Part shown: one piece after another, positions 13,610 through 29,430 of the stretch
Layout of the letters: the number at the start of each line of letters is the position of its first letter
Numbering within the stretch: the first letter of the stretch is position 1
Source of the DNA: the human T2T-CHM13v2.0 reference genome, Homo sapiens
Strand: one strand, 5' to 3'
Assembly: GCF_009914755.1 (NCBI RefSeq)
Contig: NC_060941.1
Length of the DNA: 64,000 bases
Position numbers and translations under genes: made by a program
The notes under the pieces: model-generated
Told to the model about the DNA's origin: nothing
The model's input: only the letters and a program-made list of their open reading frames with translations
Databases searched by the model: none

Positions 13610-13748
13610 CTGGCTGTGTGGAAGGCAGCGGAAAGCAGTAGCTCATTGTGCAGGGCGATGCCCATGTAGCGTGGCTCATGGAAGGCCGAGAGCACAGCCC
13701 GTGTGGCGTAGCAGAGGAAGCTGCCCCAGCACAGCAGCAGCAGCTCAG
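13610..13748 (-). CDS. GPR179: GPR179 exon 8 (TM5-TM6)
   Basis: AG/GT boundaries, 139 nt; cumulative CDS ends at c.1784. Confidence 0.93.
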
Positions 13749-13938
13749 CTGTGGGGAGACAGGGAGGGAGAGAGCCGGCACCACCTCAGCAGCTGTCCCA
13801 CCCCTTTCTCTGAAAGATGTGCTCGGGGGAGCCTGGGCTCGGGGTCTGGGGACAAGTCAGGAGAACCAGAACAAGAGGAACCCTGGAGGCACAGAGGCAG
13901 GGACCAGCGTAAGGCTGGGCTCAGCAGAAGCAGCTCAC

Positions 13939-14177
13939 CCACAACCATGATGTAGTCCCAGCGGTCGTGGTGACAGAGGTAGAAATGGCGGCCACTGGGA
14001 GTGTGGCCTCGGATCACCAGAGGTGCGTGCTGGATGCCTCGCTCCAGGGCGCCCACGGTCCACACAGCCAGGAAGCCCAGCACAGGTAGCAGGAGCAGCC
14101 CCAGGCGCCGCAGCAGCCGCCCGCTGCTCAGAAGGGCACTCCGCTGGGCCGTTCGAGACAGAAACAGCTGCAGCACT
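13939..14177 (-). CDS. GPR179: GPR179 exon 7 (TM4, ECL2 CHHDRWD)
   Basis: AG/GT boundaries, 239 nt. Confidence 0.93.
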
Positions 14178-14496
14178 CTGCGAGGGTTAGAATACACAGG
14201 GTGGATGGCAGGGACCTGGGTGGATCACGAAGAGGGTGCCAGCGCCCTGGTCTCTGTCCATTGCTGCCCTCTCCTCCACACAGGTACTTGTCCTTCCATC
14301 CTTTTTGTGATTTGCTGCCTTTTGCTACCCCCCCACAAAGTAACATGGAAGACAAGGCTATGGTGATGGGGGTTGGCCTTGGGGGTACAGGGGAGTGGTG
14401 CTGGCAAGGGTCTGGCTTTGAAAAACACCATTCCATGAGTGAGCTGGGGTGGTCTGGGATGAGCAGCATGAGAGCAAAGTCTGCCCCAGGCCGTAC

Positions 14497-14606
14497 CTGT
14501 AAAGCTTGAGTATGATGGTGCCGTAGACGATGGCAAAACCCAGCAGCCGCACCCAGCGAAGAGCGATGCAGCGGAATACACTGGGCTTGAAGTATAGGAT
14601 GAAGAC
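14497..14606 (-). CDS. GPR179: GPR179 exon 6 (TM3, ...YGTIILKLYR)
   Basis: AG/GT boundaries, 110 nt. Confidence 0.93.
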
Positions 14607-14981
14607 CTGGTGGGAAGGGGCAAAAATCTCTGCTCTCTACTATGCTTCTGCTGTGGGCCAGGCCTATGCTAAGCACACTGTGGATCCTCCCAACAGCCCT
14701 GCAATAGAGCCATCACCACCTTCATTCTGCAGAGGAGCAGCTGAAGTGTCAAAGAAGTTAGGTAACTTGCCCTAAATCACACTGCAAGTCACAGAGCTCC
14801 TAATAAGCCTGAGGCTCCAGAGCTCATAGACCAGCTTGCCATTTGTGGGTAAGAGTAGGGGAAATCTGTGGTCTCTGAATCCCTTCCAGAGGGCAGAGAA
14901 GGGTTCTGGGGCTTGGAGGGTGCCAGGTTTTGGCTATGGGGGATGCTGGAAGGTGGGGCCAGCCTGTGGCCACAGACTCAC

Positions 14982-15050
14982 AGGAAAGTAAAGCAGCAGG
15001 AATCCAAAAAGGACAGTTTCCAGCAGGACCACTCCAGATGCCCAGATCCT
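14982..15050 (-). CDS. GPR179: GPR179 exon 5 (RIWASGVVLLETVLFGFLLLYFP, TM2)
   Basis: cacag acceptor, gtgagt donor, 69 nt. Confidence 0.93.
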
Positions 15051-15499
15051 CTGTGAAGCAAGGAGAGAGGCATGTGAGCAGAGTCTGGACGATGGTTCTA
15101 GAGGCTCTCAGGCCTATGTGAACGGTCACTCAGTGACCCTGAGCTAAGGCTTCACCCTGTAACACTGGCTCTGCCCTCTCTGCCCACATCCACGTCCCTT
15201 GTTACCCCAGGCTCAACTCCACTGGCACTAAACATGGCTAAGGCCAAGGTTTTACATCATTCCCACACACACATCCCTGTGTTCCTCCCAGTCTTGCTCA
15301 GGGCCTTGCTGCAGACCTAGGCTCAAATCAGAGGCTGCTGGAGCTGGAAGGGATCTCATGCATTCCTCAAGCGTTGGGTCAGGCTGCTCCCTTGTCTAGA
15401 ATAGGGTACCCCTTCTTGGCCCAGTAAGTATCCAGTTAACCTTCAAGCCTGGCTCATGTCACATCCAGAACGTCTTTCCCATGCCATCTCAGGCAGGAT

Positions 15500-15810
15500 G
15501 ACTTTCTGTAAGCTCCCACAGCAGCTGACAGACACCTCCATCCTTGCCCCCATCTCACTGTGCTGTCATTTTATTTACATGTCTGCTTCCTCCATTAAAC
15601 TGGGAACTCCATGCAGGCCCAGATCACTTCCATTTGAGCCTAGGCAGTGTTTTGCTTAGAGTAGATACTCAACTAGCATTTATTGAATCAAGTTCAATGC
15701 CCTTATTTTACAGATGAGGAAGCAGGTCCAAGGCGGAGAAATCACTTGCATCATGCTACACAGTGAGTTAGATTTAGAATCAAGATTAGAACCAATTTCT
15801 CCTAAATTCT
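15500..15810. mobile_element. L2 3' end plus MIR
   Basis: gtagatactcaa...tttattgaat, then cttattttacagatgaggaa. Confidence 0.6.
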
Positions 15811-15883
15811 GGTCTTAGGTAGTCTCAGGCCTCCAGTTGAGATGGGTCGGACATGTGTGTAGGAGGTGTGGGGCCTTCCTTGC

Positions 15884-16119
15884 CTTGTTCCGGCGGCAGC
15901 GGTAGGAGACCAGCATGCTCAGGAAGATGGCCAGCATGCAGCAGGCCTGGCAGGCCAGCACAGCGGCCCGCAGCACCGCGGCCTCTTCCACCAGGCACGG
16001 TGTGGCATCCATGCAGCTGGTGCAGCCCTCAGGACATGGCAGACACTGCAGCAGTCTCCCAGATCTGCCTTCTGGGAACCCGAATTGCCCGGTAGTCTGG
16101 AAGTCACTCTCCTCTAACC
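15884..16119 (-). CDS. GPR179: GPR179 exon 4 (Cys-rich stalk plus TM1), with a GC 5' splice site
   Basis: tttatag acceptor; ends ...AACAAG|GCAAGG; 236 nt gives phase 0, matching exon 5. Confidence 0.9.
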
Positions 16120-16538
16120 CTATAAAGAACAAGATGAGTGCAGGGAGAGGGGCCCAGCTAGAGCATCCTGACATCCCAGCCTTTTCCCTGATAGTCACCA
16201 CAGCCCTCTCCCTGTTCTCCTGTGACCTGGGGCTCCAGGGACAAGTGGGAATGGGTGCTTCCTTGGGAGGGCAAAGTACCAGGAAGAGGTGACACCAGGC
16301 TAGGGCTCCTTGAGAGGCCAACTTGCATCATATTTGCATGTTACAGGCTCATACTCAGAAGGTGTAGACACCCCCACACTGCAACCTGCTTGCCTCTCCT
16401 GCCTCTCTCAACCTTCTGCCCTTGCCCCACAAGTTCCCTCCCAGTGTCTCACCCCAATCTGGCTTTCTTCCCCAGATGTACCCTCCCAACCATCCTCTCA
16501 TGTAAAACACATGCCTGGCCCCCACCACACTTACATAC

Positions 16539-16626
16539 CCCCAGAGGGGCTTGCCCCGTAGAATCCAGGTCGGCAGCGGCAGAGGTAGCGGCCAAGAACA
16601 AAGCCCTGACTCTCCAGGGGAACACA
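16539..16626 (-). CDS. GPR179: GPR179 exon 3 (CVPLESQGFVLGRYLCRCRPGFYG, EGF-like)
   Basis: AG/GT boundaries, 88 nt. Confidence 0.92.
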
Positions 16627-18322
16627 CTATGGGGACAACAAACACAGTATGTGTTTATGTGGGGCTTTCTCTGGAAGAGCTTTCCCTCCTGGGAGAGATG
16701 GAGGGTCCATCTACCTCCCTATCCATGGGACTTGGGTCCACACTAGGGAATCCCTCCAGAAGCCCTCTCTAGTCCTTGGGAAGCCTTCCCTCTGTGGAAA
16801 CCCTACCTGACCCCTGCTGTTGCCTCTCTTCCCAAAGAGACCCTAAGCAAAGAGTACAGGGAGAAATCACCCTTTTGTTCAGACTGGCAGTGACAGGAGC
16901 CTCATAGGACCCATTTCCTAGTGGCCAGCTCTTGCTAGGGCAAGGTACTGGGGGAGATGGAAGTAGGGAAAGTTCTGAGCCCAGCCATACCTTGTGTGCC
17001 TACATCCTACTTCAAAGGGTCCCCATCAGCTTCCATCTTTGGCACACAAATGGACTGGAAAGGCCCCCCACGGAGGAGCAGCTTCCTTCACCAGGGACCA
17101 TCTGGCTTTCGCACAGGACTGTTTTTCCCAGCCTTAATGCCAGGCTAATGCCAGGCTGGTGGGATGCCAAGGCCAGCCTTTATTCCACCTCCTCCTATTG
17201 ATGTTTGCCCGGCAGGGGACAGAGCAGACCTCAGAGCCAGGCAGGGAATATGAACAAATGAGGTCAGATCTATTGTGGGGAGTGGCTGGGAACAGACATC
17301 AGTGACGCAAATGAAAGGGTTAACCTTGGAAGATTCTATATCGAGCCCCTGACCTCACTTAGTAGGGTTAGTGTGTGGTGCTTGTGAAGCTGTGGCCCAA
17401 CTTCCCCTCTTGCTTGGACCACTGGACTACACAGTCTGCACAATTAGACAAACATGCACCCAGAGAAGTGAATGTGTCTGGGTTAAACAGTGAACTGGAT
17501 GGTGGGAGCCCTTTTCCATCCCTCCACCTCTAGCTGCAGACACATGTGCCCTGAAGAGCAGTAGAACCACCTGTGCACACAGAACAATATGCCCACCAGC
17601 CCCAGCAGGCCACAGGGCTCGCCCTGGCTTTGGCTCAGCTCAGGAACAAGCATGCAGTGATTGTAACCATGGAGCGGGTGAATTCACTGGCCTCCCAGTT
17701 TCCCAGTACTGGGTTTGCATGATTTCCAGCCAGTGCTCTCCATCACTGTGAGTCACCTGCACCCGTAGCTTTGAATCTACCTGCATCTGGCCCAGGTTCC
17801 ATCACATTCACTGGTCCCAGGCCTCTTCGAGCTCCTTGGTTGGTTAGATTCCTCCCATACTCCAACCAGCAATTCCATTTATTTCAGCAATATGGAACAC
17901 CCTTTTGTAGACAGACCAATGGAACATCCTTTGTGGGCCAAGAGGAGCCCAGAGCTGTGTTACATGAAGAATGTGTTCCCGGGGGAAGGAAAGGAGATAA
18001 GTAACTGAGGCTCAGGAAGTCACCCTGGGGAGGGGTCCTGGAGCACTGAGTACCAGAAAGGAGAGCAGACAGGAAGAACACTGAACTTTCAAAGGAATGA
18101 GGGCAGGAGCAGGAGGAAGAGGGGGTGGGGGGGCAGGCTGTAGGTGACCTGACTTTTTAAAAGCCTGGTATCTCACCTCTGCCAATCACTAGGAACTCCC
18201 CTGAAGCCCTGAGATGCTGGGGTAGCTTTGTCTGCTGCTCCTGGGAGCTGCATGGTGGCGGTGATGGGAAAAGGGGAGGGAGGCAGGACTCTAGTAGCGC
18301 CCCCCATCCTCCTCATCCTTAC

Positions 18323-18431
18323 CTGGGTGCTGTTGAGATCACACAGGTGTGTGTTAGAGTACCAGCCTGGGCCACTTGCACACTGATTGATGTCCACACT
18401 CTGGAGATCTACGTCCATCTGCACCTGCCCC
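18323..18431 (-). CDS. GPR179: GPR179 exon 2 (GQVQMDVDLQSVDINQC...NSTQ)
   Basis: AG/GT boundaries, 109 nt. Confidence 0.93.
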
Positions 18432-18499
18432 CTACGGCAGTGAATTGGCAATTAGGGGCACAGTGATTGATGCCAAAGTGGACGTGTGTCCCTGGGCGT

Positions 18500-19971
<1,472 letters not shown>

Positions 19972-20741
19972 GGCACTAGATCTGGGGACAATGCAGTCTT
20001 TGCAAACTTTAGCCCAGCACCTGCAGTGTGTGCGAAGGGCATGCATGTATTCCATTTCTCCAGTATTATGAATGTTCACTGTCTCTGTGGACAACAGTCT
20101 TCTTTCTACTAGGTTGTTCTCTCCACCCCTCAGCTTTTTGATATCCTATCATTTCCTGGTTTCTGTCAAGGAGGAGAGACAGGGCGCATGTCAAGACATG
20201 GCAGGAGTCAGGGCTCTGATGATCTCTGAAGAGGATTTTCACACTTCCTCATGCATGTACACACGCACACACACAGAGATCAGCTCAGCTATTAACCATC
20301 TCCTCTCTCTGCCCAAGCCAGGTCTGAATTGATCACAGCAAAGGAGATATGAAATAGAGGAGCCCTGACCTGGCACTGCCTGGACCAGCAGTTCCCCAGC
20401 CTTTGCTCTGGGCTGAGCTGGCAAGGAGCCAGGCTGCCTGCTGGCAGGAGGAGAACCCTGCTGGGAACAATGAATGGGGACACAGAGCTGGAGAAGCAGT
20501 GTTGATTGTTGAATGCCCTGCAGTCCTAGGCTCAGTCGCTGCTCCCTTCCCAATAGGACCCTCAATCCTTCTTTCCTGTGGTTGAGGGAGGAGGTAGTTT
20601 ACTGGAGGAGAATCACAAGCTTCTGCGTCAGGACAGGCAGGATAGTGCGGCCTGCTTGGTTTAAGAAGATGGCCCTGGGGACTCAGCCAGCTCCTTGGCA
20701 GAAAGAGCATTGATTCCAAGCCCCCTCAAGAGTTTTCCTTC

Positions 20742-21548
<807 letters not shown>

Positions 21549-21901
21549 TGACATATCTCTACACACATGTGTATACCTGCATATAGATGTATGCTACATA
21601 TGTATACCTATTTGTATATGCACAGGCTCACAGACATTCCTGCATGTGCTCAAGCACATAAACCCAGATAAATATGGATTGATTTATACACATGTACACT
21701 CACACCTGTATGTGTTAACAGATAGTTGCAGATTCCCAGAGCCGACTGTAAGTACACACAGCTGAGTACAAATACCCACATCTGTGTGCCCCCCAGGCAT
21801 GCACATGTTCGTGCCAAATGGCCCAGGCACAGCTGAGGGGACCTGTACTTCCTTCCCCTACATCCCCACACATGCATCAAATCCTGCACAAACCCACTTA
21901 C

Positions 21902-22695
21902 CTGACTTCTGGGCTGAGGTCTGGCTTGAGTCCATAGAAGGTGGCAGAGAGTGTGATCAGCCATCCAGGTCGGAGCCGTCCCTCCTGGCATTCCAGGAAA
22001 GGAGGAGACAGCCTCACCTGCTGCGTGTCCCCCACATATCCATCTGCCTGCGGCCACTTGGGGCTGCCGAGGCTCCCTAGGTCATTGGTCAACACTCGCT
22101 TCTTCAGGGCAGGGGTGTCCAGGTCCCCAGGAGGGTTCTCCTCCTGCACCCAGTTCCCAGACAAGTCCTGCAGGATGGTTTCCTCCCCAGTCCGGGTGGC
22201 CTGCAGGGCCAGCTGTAGGTGGCTGGCCCCTGGTGGAGGGTTAAAGGTCAGCAAAGCCCTGTACACTCTTGGGTCCCCCTCGGCCACGCTGCGGACCAGT
22301 GCCTGGTACCATTCCACATCCTCCTCCACACTGGACTCACGGATGTCGTTGGCTTGCAGCAGCATGTTGAGAAAATTGGCGGCCTGGGCAAGGGTGCCCG
22401 CTGCCCCCTGTAGGCTTGGGGGGAGCCCTGGCATGGCTCCTGCCCCACGCGCTTCATAGCGCTCACTGCAATTCACCTGTGATAGCTGCTGGGCATCTCC
22501 AGAGTAGAGATAAGCGAGGGCGGCCTCGGCCCCCTCTAGGGGCACCTGCATGGGTACAGATCCTGGCTTGACTTGGGAAGACAGAGGGGGCAGAGAGCGG
22601 ATGGGCCGTGGACCCCCCAGAGCCCAGGCACAGACAAAACAGCAGCCCAGCAGCCCCCACATAGGAGGGGGCATGACCGCTCCCCTGGTGCCCAT
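21902..22695 (-). CDS. GPR179: GPR179 exon 1 coding part: signal peptide and extracellular domain (MGTRGAVMPPPMWGLLG...)
   Basis: ATG in aggATGG context; donor AG|GTAAGT; 794 nt; recognised class C orphan GPCR of retinal ON-bipolar cells. Confidence 0.96.
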
Positions 22696-23360
22696 CCTTG
22701 GGGCAGCTCTCAGGACCCTGGGGTCCAGGCTCAGGAGAGCCCAGGCAGAGGCTGGCTGCAGTCTGGGGGCTGTCGGCCTCCACGCCTCCTATGCTGGCGT
22801 TCCTTCTTCCTCTCTCCGTCTCCCTCTCACGCTGGTGCCAGCTCGCCTGCTTTTTTCTTCTCTCTAACGTCACCAGCTGGCTTCTGGATGTAGGTATGAG
22901 GGCCCTGCCCCCTACTGTCTCAGTGCGGCCCCCTATCTCAAACCTCTTAATCCCAGCACCCCACTCTTTCCTCCCCTCCTATCCAGTATTCAGGCTCCCT
23001 CCATCCCCCATCCACATCTGCTCCCGAGGGAGAGAGATGGGAGGGAAGGGGAGACGAAGGCACCAGTTGTGCTCTTTCTCCCTCCCTCCCTCTGCCTGCC
23101 CTTTGCTCCATTAGGAGAGATGGGCAAATCCAGGATGGGGCACCATAGCAACCGCAGATGAGCTTGTGCCCCTCTCTCCACCCCTCTGCTCCACTCAGGC
23201 TCCTGGCAGCAATTGCAACAGGCACACTAAGGGGCCAAGCTGCATCTCCTGGCAGTCTGCGCTGGCTGCCTGCACCCCCCTGACCCTGTGCTGCTGAGCT
23301 GGGATTTGAGAATGGGGATGTTGAGGGCAGGAAAGACAGCCTAATAGTACCGTAATTGGT
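22696..23360 (-). promoter_or_regulatory. GPR179: GPR179 5' UTR and proximal promoter (non-CpG-island)
   Basis: Unique sequence upstream of the ATG, ending at a MIR; TAATCC at 22948-22953; further TAAT cores near 23342-23358. Confidence 0.5.
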
Positions 23361-23374
23361 CTTTGTACAGACTG

Positions 23375-23540
23375 AGGCAGCTTATAAGGTGCTTTTCATG
23401 TGCCTTATCTGAATGAGTCTTCCCCACAGCCATGTATGGTGAATGTTCTTATCCCCATTTCACAGATGCAGACACTGAGACTCACCCAAGGTCACAAAGC
23501 AGCTCACTCAGAGACTTACATCCAGAGCTCTGACTCCCCT
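23375..23540. mobile_element. MIR
   Basis: MIR core atccccatttcacagatg...actgag...cccaaggtcaca. Confidence 0.7.
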
Positions 23541-23854
23541 ACATTGCCCATCCAAACCACCACCATCACCGTTACTCAGCCTCAGGGACTATAACAAAGC
23601 CTCCTAGCAGAGGCGTCAAGGGACTTCCCTAGAACCACAGTGTTGTTTATGACAGAGCCGCAGCCTCCACCCAGGTGTCCGTCCCTACAACCCAGGCCTC
23701 CTTCTGAACCAAAGTCGACAAGCACAGTGGCAATGGTGGCGGGAGAGAGGTGGGCAAGGAGAAGACAGTGAACACAGTTTTGCCTCCATTTCTTACACCT
23801 TCATTTTGTCATCCTAAGTTCTACCTTCTTCTTTTTTTTTTTTTTTTGAGATAG

Positions 23855-23950
<96 letters not shown>

Positions 23951-25208
23951 TGAGTAGCTGGGACTACAGGCATGTGCCACCATGCTCGGCAAATTTTATT
24001 TTATTTTTTTTTTTAAATTTTTTAGTAGAGACGGGGGTTTCACCATGTTGGCCAGGCTGGTCTCGAACTCCTGACAAGTAGTCTACCTGCCTCAGCCTCC
24101 CAAAGTGCTGGGATTACAGGTGTGAGCCACTGCACCTGGCCCCTTCTCCTTTTCTTCATGAAAACTGTGGCTACTCTCTCTCGCTTTTCCCCATTTTTCT
24201 TACCCCTCACCTCCTTCCTGCTGCTAGGCACAGTAACTGGGGGGCCCTGAGTCAGTGCTGTCTGAGCCGGCCTCCTTGGATCCGGAAGGGCATGGATTCT
24301 TGGGGAAGCCACAGAACAAAGCTCCTGCCTGCCCACCCATCACTTTTCCCTTGATGATGGGCTTCCTGCTTCACCAGGCAATCTGGCCCCGCAGGCGCAG
24401 GCTGTCTCTTGGCTTCTTCCCTTCAAACCCCCTCCAAACCCCCAATGTCTGGAACCTTTGATGTCCAAGATCATTGAGTGTATGTAGGTAGGGATGGGTG
24501 GTGGTTGCCAAACATGTCCCTTGCTTTCCAGTTGACCTCTGCAAACAATAATTCTTTTTTTTTAGACAGAGTCTTGTTCTGTTGCCCAGGCTGGAGTGCA
24601 GTGGCACAATCTCGGCTCACTGAAACCTCTGCCTCCCGGGTTCAAGTGATTCTCCTGCCTCAGCCTCCCAAGTAGCTGGGAGTACAGGCGTGTGCCACCA
24701 CGCCTGGCTAATTTTTGTATTTTTGGTAGAGATGGTGTTTCACCATGTTGGCTAGGCTGATCTTGAAACCCTGACCTCAGGTGATCTGCCTGCCTTGACC
24801 TCTCAAAGTGCGGGGATTACAGGCGTGAGCCACCGTGCCCGGCCTTGCAAAGAACAATTGTGCTATGCAACCTAAGTGGGAGTGCCCAGGCTGTGGGGAT
24901 AGCGGGGCTAGAGGACAAGCCCCCAGGAGAATCTCTATGATGGCAAAACTAGCAGGGCCCATAGCCCAGACTTTTTTTTTTTTTTTTTTTTTTAACAAAT
25001 TAGGAAACTAAAACACTGAAAGGAAAGTGACATTCACAAGGTCACCCAGCCAGTTAGTGGTATTGCTGGGAGCAGAAACCTGTATTGCACATCCATAGCT
25101 CTTTCCTTGGCCTTTCTGAGTGACTTATTCAATTTCTTGGTATTTATTACTGGTTACTGTTAGTTGAGGGTCAACAAAACACACTGGGTGAAGACAATAG
25201 TAACTTAT

Positions 25209-25280
25209 CATGAAAAGCTTCTTGGGAAAAAATGTATTAAGTTATTACCATGAAAAGCTTCTTGGGAAAAAATGTATTAA
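25209..25280. repeat. 40-bp tandem duplication
   Basis: catgaaaagcttcttgggaaaaaatgtattaa occurs identically at 25209-25240 and 25249-25280. Confidence 0.95.
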
Positions 25281-27304
25281 CTAACATTTGTATAGCACTG
25301 TAGAATTTATTAAGTACCTTTACACGTAAGTTTTCATTTAATTCCCCACAATAGCCATGTCAAGGGGGGATTATTACTGACCCATTTTAACAAATGAAAC
25401 ACGGGTTCGGAGATGTTTAATTATTTGCGTTTGCTCATATATTCAGAAAGTGGCATGATTAAGACTAACTAGACCAACCACAAAGTCCAGAGGGACAGGG
25501 ATTGTGTCTGTCTCATTTATCACTGCATCCCCAAACCTAGCCCACCGTTGAATGACCAAATGAATCTCAGAACTTCTTTAGATTCTTTATCATTTTTTTG
25601 TTTTGAGGCAGGGTCTCGCTCTATCACCAGCCTGGAGTGCAGTGGTGAGATCATGGCTTCCTACAGCCTCGGCCTCCCAGGCTCAAGTGAGCCTCCCACC
25701 TCAGCCTCCTGAGTAGCTGGGACTACAGGCATGTGCCACCACACCTGGCTAATTAAAAAAAAAAAAAAAAAAAAGGCCGAGCACGGTGGCTCACGCCTGT
25801 AATCCCAGCACTTTGGGAGGCCGAGGTGGGTGGATCACGAGGTCAGGAGTTCAAGATCAGCCTGGCTGGCCAGGGGCAGTGGCTCACGCCTGTAATCCCA
25901 GCACTTTGGGAGGCCGAGGTGGGTGGATCACGAGGTCAGGAGATGGGGACCATCCTGGCTAACACGGTGAAATCTCATCTCTACTAAAAATACAAAAAAA
26001 TTAGCCGGGTATGGTGGCAGGCGCCTGTAGTCCCAGCGACTCAGGAGGCTGAGGCAGGAGAATGGCGTGAACCCGGGAGGCAGAGCTTGCAGTGAGCCGA
26101 CATCGCGCCACCGCACTCCAGCCTGGGCGACACAGCGAGACTCTGACTCAAAAAAAAAAAAAAAAAAAAATCAGCCTGGCCAAGATGGTGAAACCCGGCC
26201 TCTACTAAAAAATACAGAAGAATTAGCCAGGCATGGTGTTGGGCACTTGTAATCCCAGCTACTCGGGAGGCTGAGGCAGAGAACTACTTGAACCCAGGAG
26301 GCAGAGGTTGCAGTGAGCCGAGATCGCACCACTGCACTCCAGTCTGGGCAACAGAGAGAGACAACGTCCCCCCGCCCAAAAAAAAAATTGTGGAGATGAG
26401 GTCTCACTATGTTGTCGAGGGTGGTCTCAAACTCCTGGGCTCAAGTGATCCTTCTACCTTGGTCTCCCAAAGTGCGAGGATTACAGGTGTGAGCCACTGT
26501 GCCAGACCTTAAATTCTTTAAGTCATCCTTCATAAAAGTTTTTAAAACTAGGACTCTATCTCTGTAGGGACCTTTTTTTTTTTTTTTGAGACAGGGTTTC
26601 ACTCAGTCACCCAAGCTGGAGTGTCTATCACCCAGACTAAAGTGCAGTGGCACAATCACGGCTCACTGCAGCCTCCACCGCCAGGGCTTGCTTAATGGAT
26701 CCTCCCACCTCAGCCTCCCAAGTAGCTGAGACTACAGGTGCGTGCCATCATGCCCAGGTAAATATATATATATATATATATATTTTTTTTTTGGCGGTGG
26801 GAATAGAGATGGGGTTTTGCCTTACTGCCCTGGCTGGTCTCAAACTCCTGGGCTCAAGTGATCCGCCCACTTCAACCTCCCAAAGTGTTGTGATTATAGG
26901 CGTGAGCCACTGTGCCCACCTTATTTTCTGTTTTACTTTTTTGAGACAGGGTCTCTCACTCTGTCACCCAGGCAGGGGTGCAGTGGCATGAACACAGCTC
27001 ACTCCACTTCTGACCCCTGGGCTCAAGTGATTCTCCTGCCTCAGCCTCCTGAGTAGCTGGGATTACAGGTGCACGCCACCACGCCCAACTATTTTTTTTT
27101 TATTTTTTGTAGAGACGAGGTCTCACGACATCCTCACAACATTGGGTCTCTTTGTTGCCCAACCTGGTCACAAACTCCCAGGCTAAAGTGATCCGCCTAC
27201 CTTGGCCTCCCAAAGTGCTGGGATTATAGGCTTGAGCCACCACGCTCGGCTGAGGACCACTTTTATAGTGCTCAGTGAAAGAGGTATATTTAAACATAAA
27301 ATCA

Positions 27305-27496
<192 letters not shown>

Positions 27497-27622
27497 TCAG
27501 GAGGCTGAGGCAGGAGAATTGCTTGAACGCAGGAGGCAGAGGTTGCAGTGAGCCGAGATCATACCTATGCACTCCAGCCTGGGAAACAAGAATGAAACTC
27601 TGAGGCCGGGCGCCGTGGCTCA

Positions 27623-27967
<345 letters not shown>

Positions 27968-28381
27968 TCAAGTCCTACAAATGCAAAGATACACCCTCTT
28001 TGCTTGGAATTTAACTTTCAATGTTTTTTCCAGGATCTGGGCTACGGAAATGGACAATTATGGAAATGGGAAAAGTCTACCCCATGGCTTGCCCTGCCTT
28101 AGAAAGAGCTCGCGTGTGTTCCTCTGTACCTCTGTGCACTCCGTGCAAGTAGAGATACTCCAGATAACCCACACAGTCCTCTTCTCCCACGGCCAGGAAA
28201 GCAGCTGGACAGCAGAGGGCGATGAAGAGCCAGGGACCTTGCCTGTAATCAGCTTGTAATGGGCTCTGAGGCCAGAGAGTTTCTCAGAGAGAAAGCTGGG
28301 GATCTTGGGTAGTCTTCTTAGGCCTCAGGTGTTGTGTGATTCTATAGCAATTTCTCTTCTTTTATTCATTTATCTATATAG

Positions 28382-28486
<105 letters not shown>

Positions 28487-28859
28487 TGAGTAGCTGAGAC
28501 CACATCTGGGCACACCACCATGCCTGGCTAATTTTAACATTTGTTGTAGAGCCAGAGTGTTGCTATGTTGCCCTGGCTGGCCTTAAACTCCTGGCCTCAA
28601 GTGATCCAAGACCTGCCTTGGCCTCCCCAAGCGCTGGAATTACAGACGTGGGTAAACATGCCCCTCTCAATCGCTCTTCTTTTCTTCAGAAACCTGAGTG
28701 ACACCTGAGAGGCAGCCAGGGGAAGAGAATGAACTATCTGGAGTCAGAGCTGGTTTTGATTTTCACTGCATCCTTTTGAATTGAGTGACTTTAGCTAAAT
28801 AACTCACTGAGGTTTACTTTGTCTCTTTATGTGTGAGGAAAGATAATTAATTCTGTTGT

Positions 28860-29430
28860 GCAGAATTTGTCTCAGGAGACTCTTACAGGGCTTAAGGTTG
28901 AACAACAATTCCAGGCACTGTCCTTGGCACTGGAGAGTCCCCAAGGGGCAAAAAGCAAACATGGCTTCTGCCCTCATAGAATTTACAGTTTTGTAGGGAG
29001 GACAGCTTTTAATCAACTGACCCCACAGACAGATTGCAAATTACACCTGCGCAAGTAAGTGCAACAAAGGAATGATCTCAGAGCCTGGGGAGGAGGAAGG
29101 GCCCAGGCAGGGAGATTTCCCTAAGGTAGTGAGGAGTGAGTTCAATCTGAAGGATGAGTAGGAGTTTACTAAGCAAAAAGAGAAAAGTCTTGCAAGAAAA
29201 GGGAATAGCTTTTCTTGCCCACATGTATGGGAGCCTGCCGCAAGGTTGATGGGAATGCAGGGAACAGAGAACAAGGTGGAGCTTAGCAGGGGATGTGGCT
29301 AGAGAGGCAGGGGTTAGATCACACAGGGGTCAGATCACAAGATCACACATTAGCCTAAGAACAATGGGAAGCCATGAACAATTTTAATCACAGGCTATGA
29401 ACACATTTCCATTCTGAAAAGGTCCCTCTG
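28860..29430. mobile_element. L2 fragment
   Basis: Typical L2 3' motifs (ccaggcactgt...tctgccctcatagaatttacagt). Confidence 0.6.
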
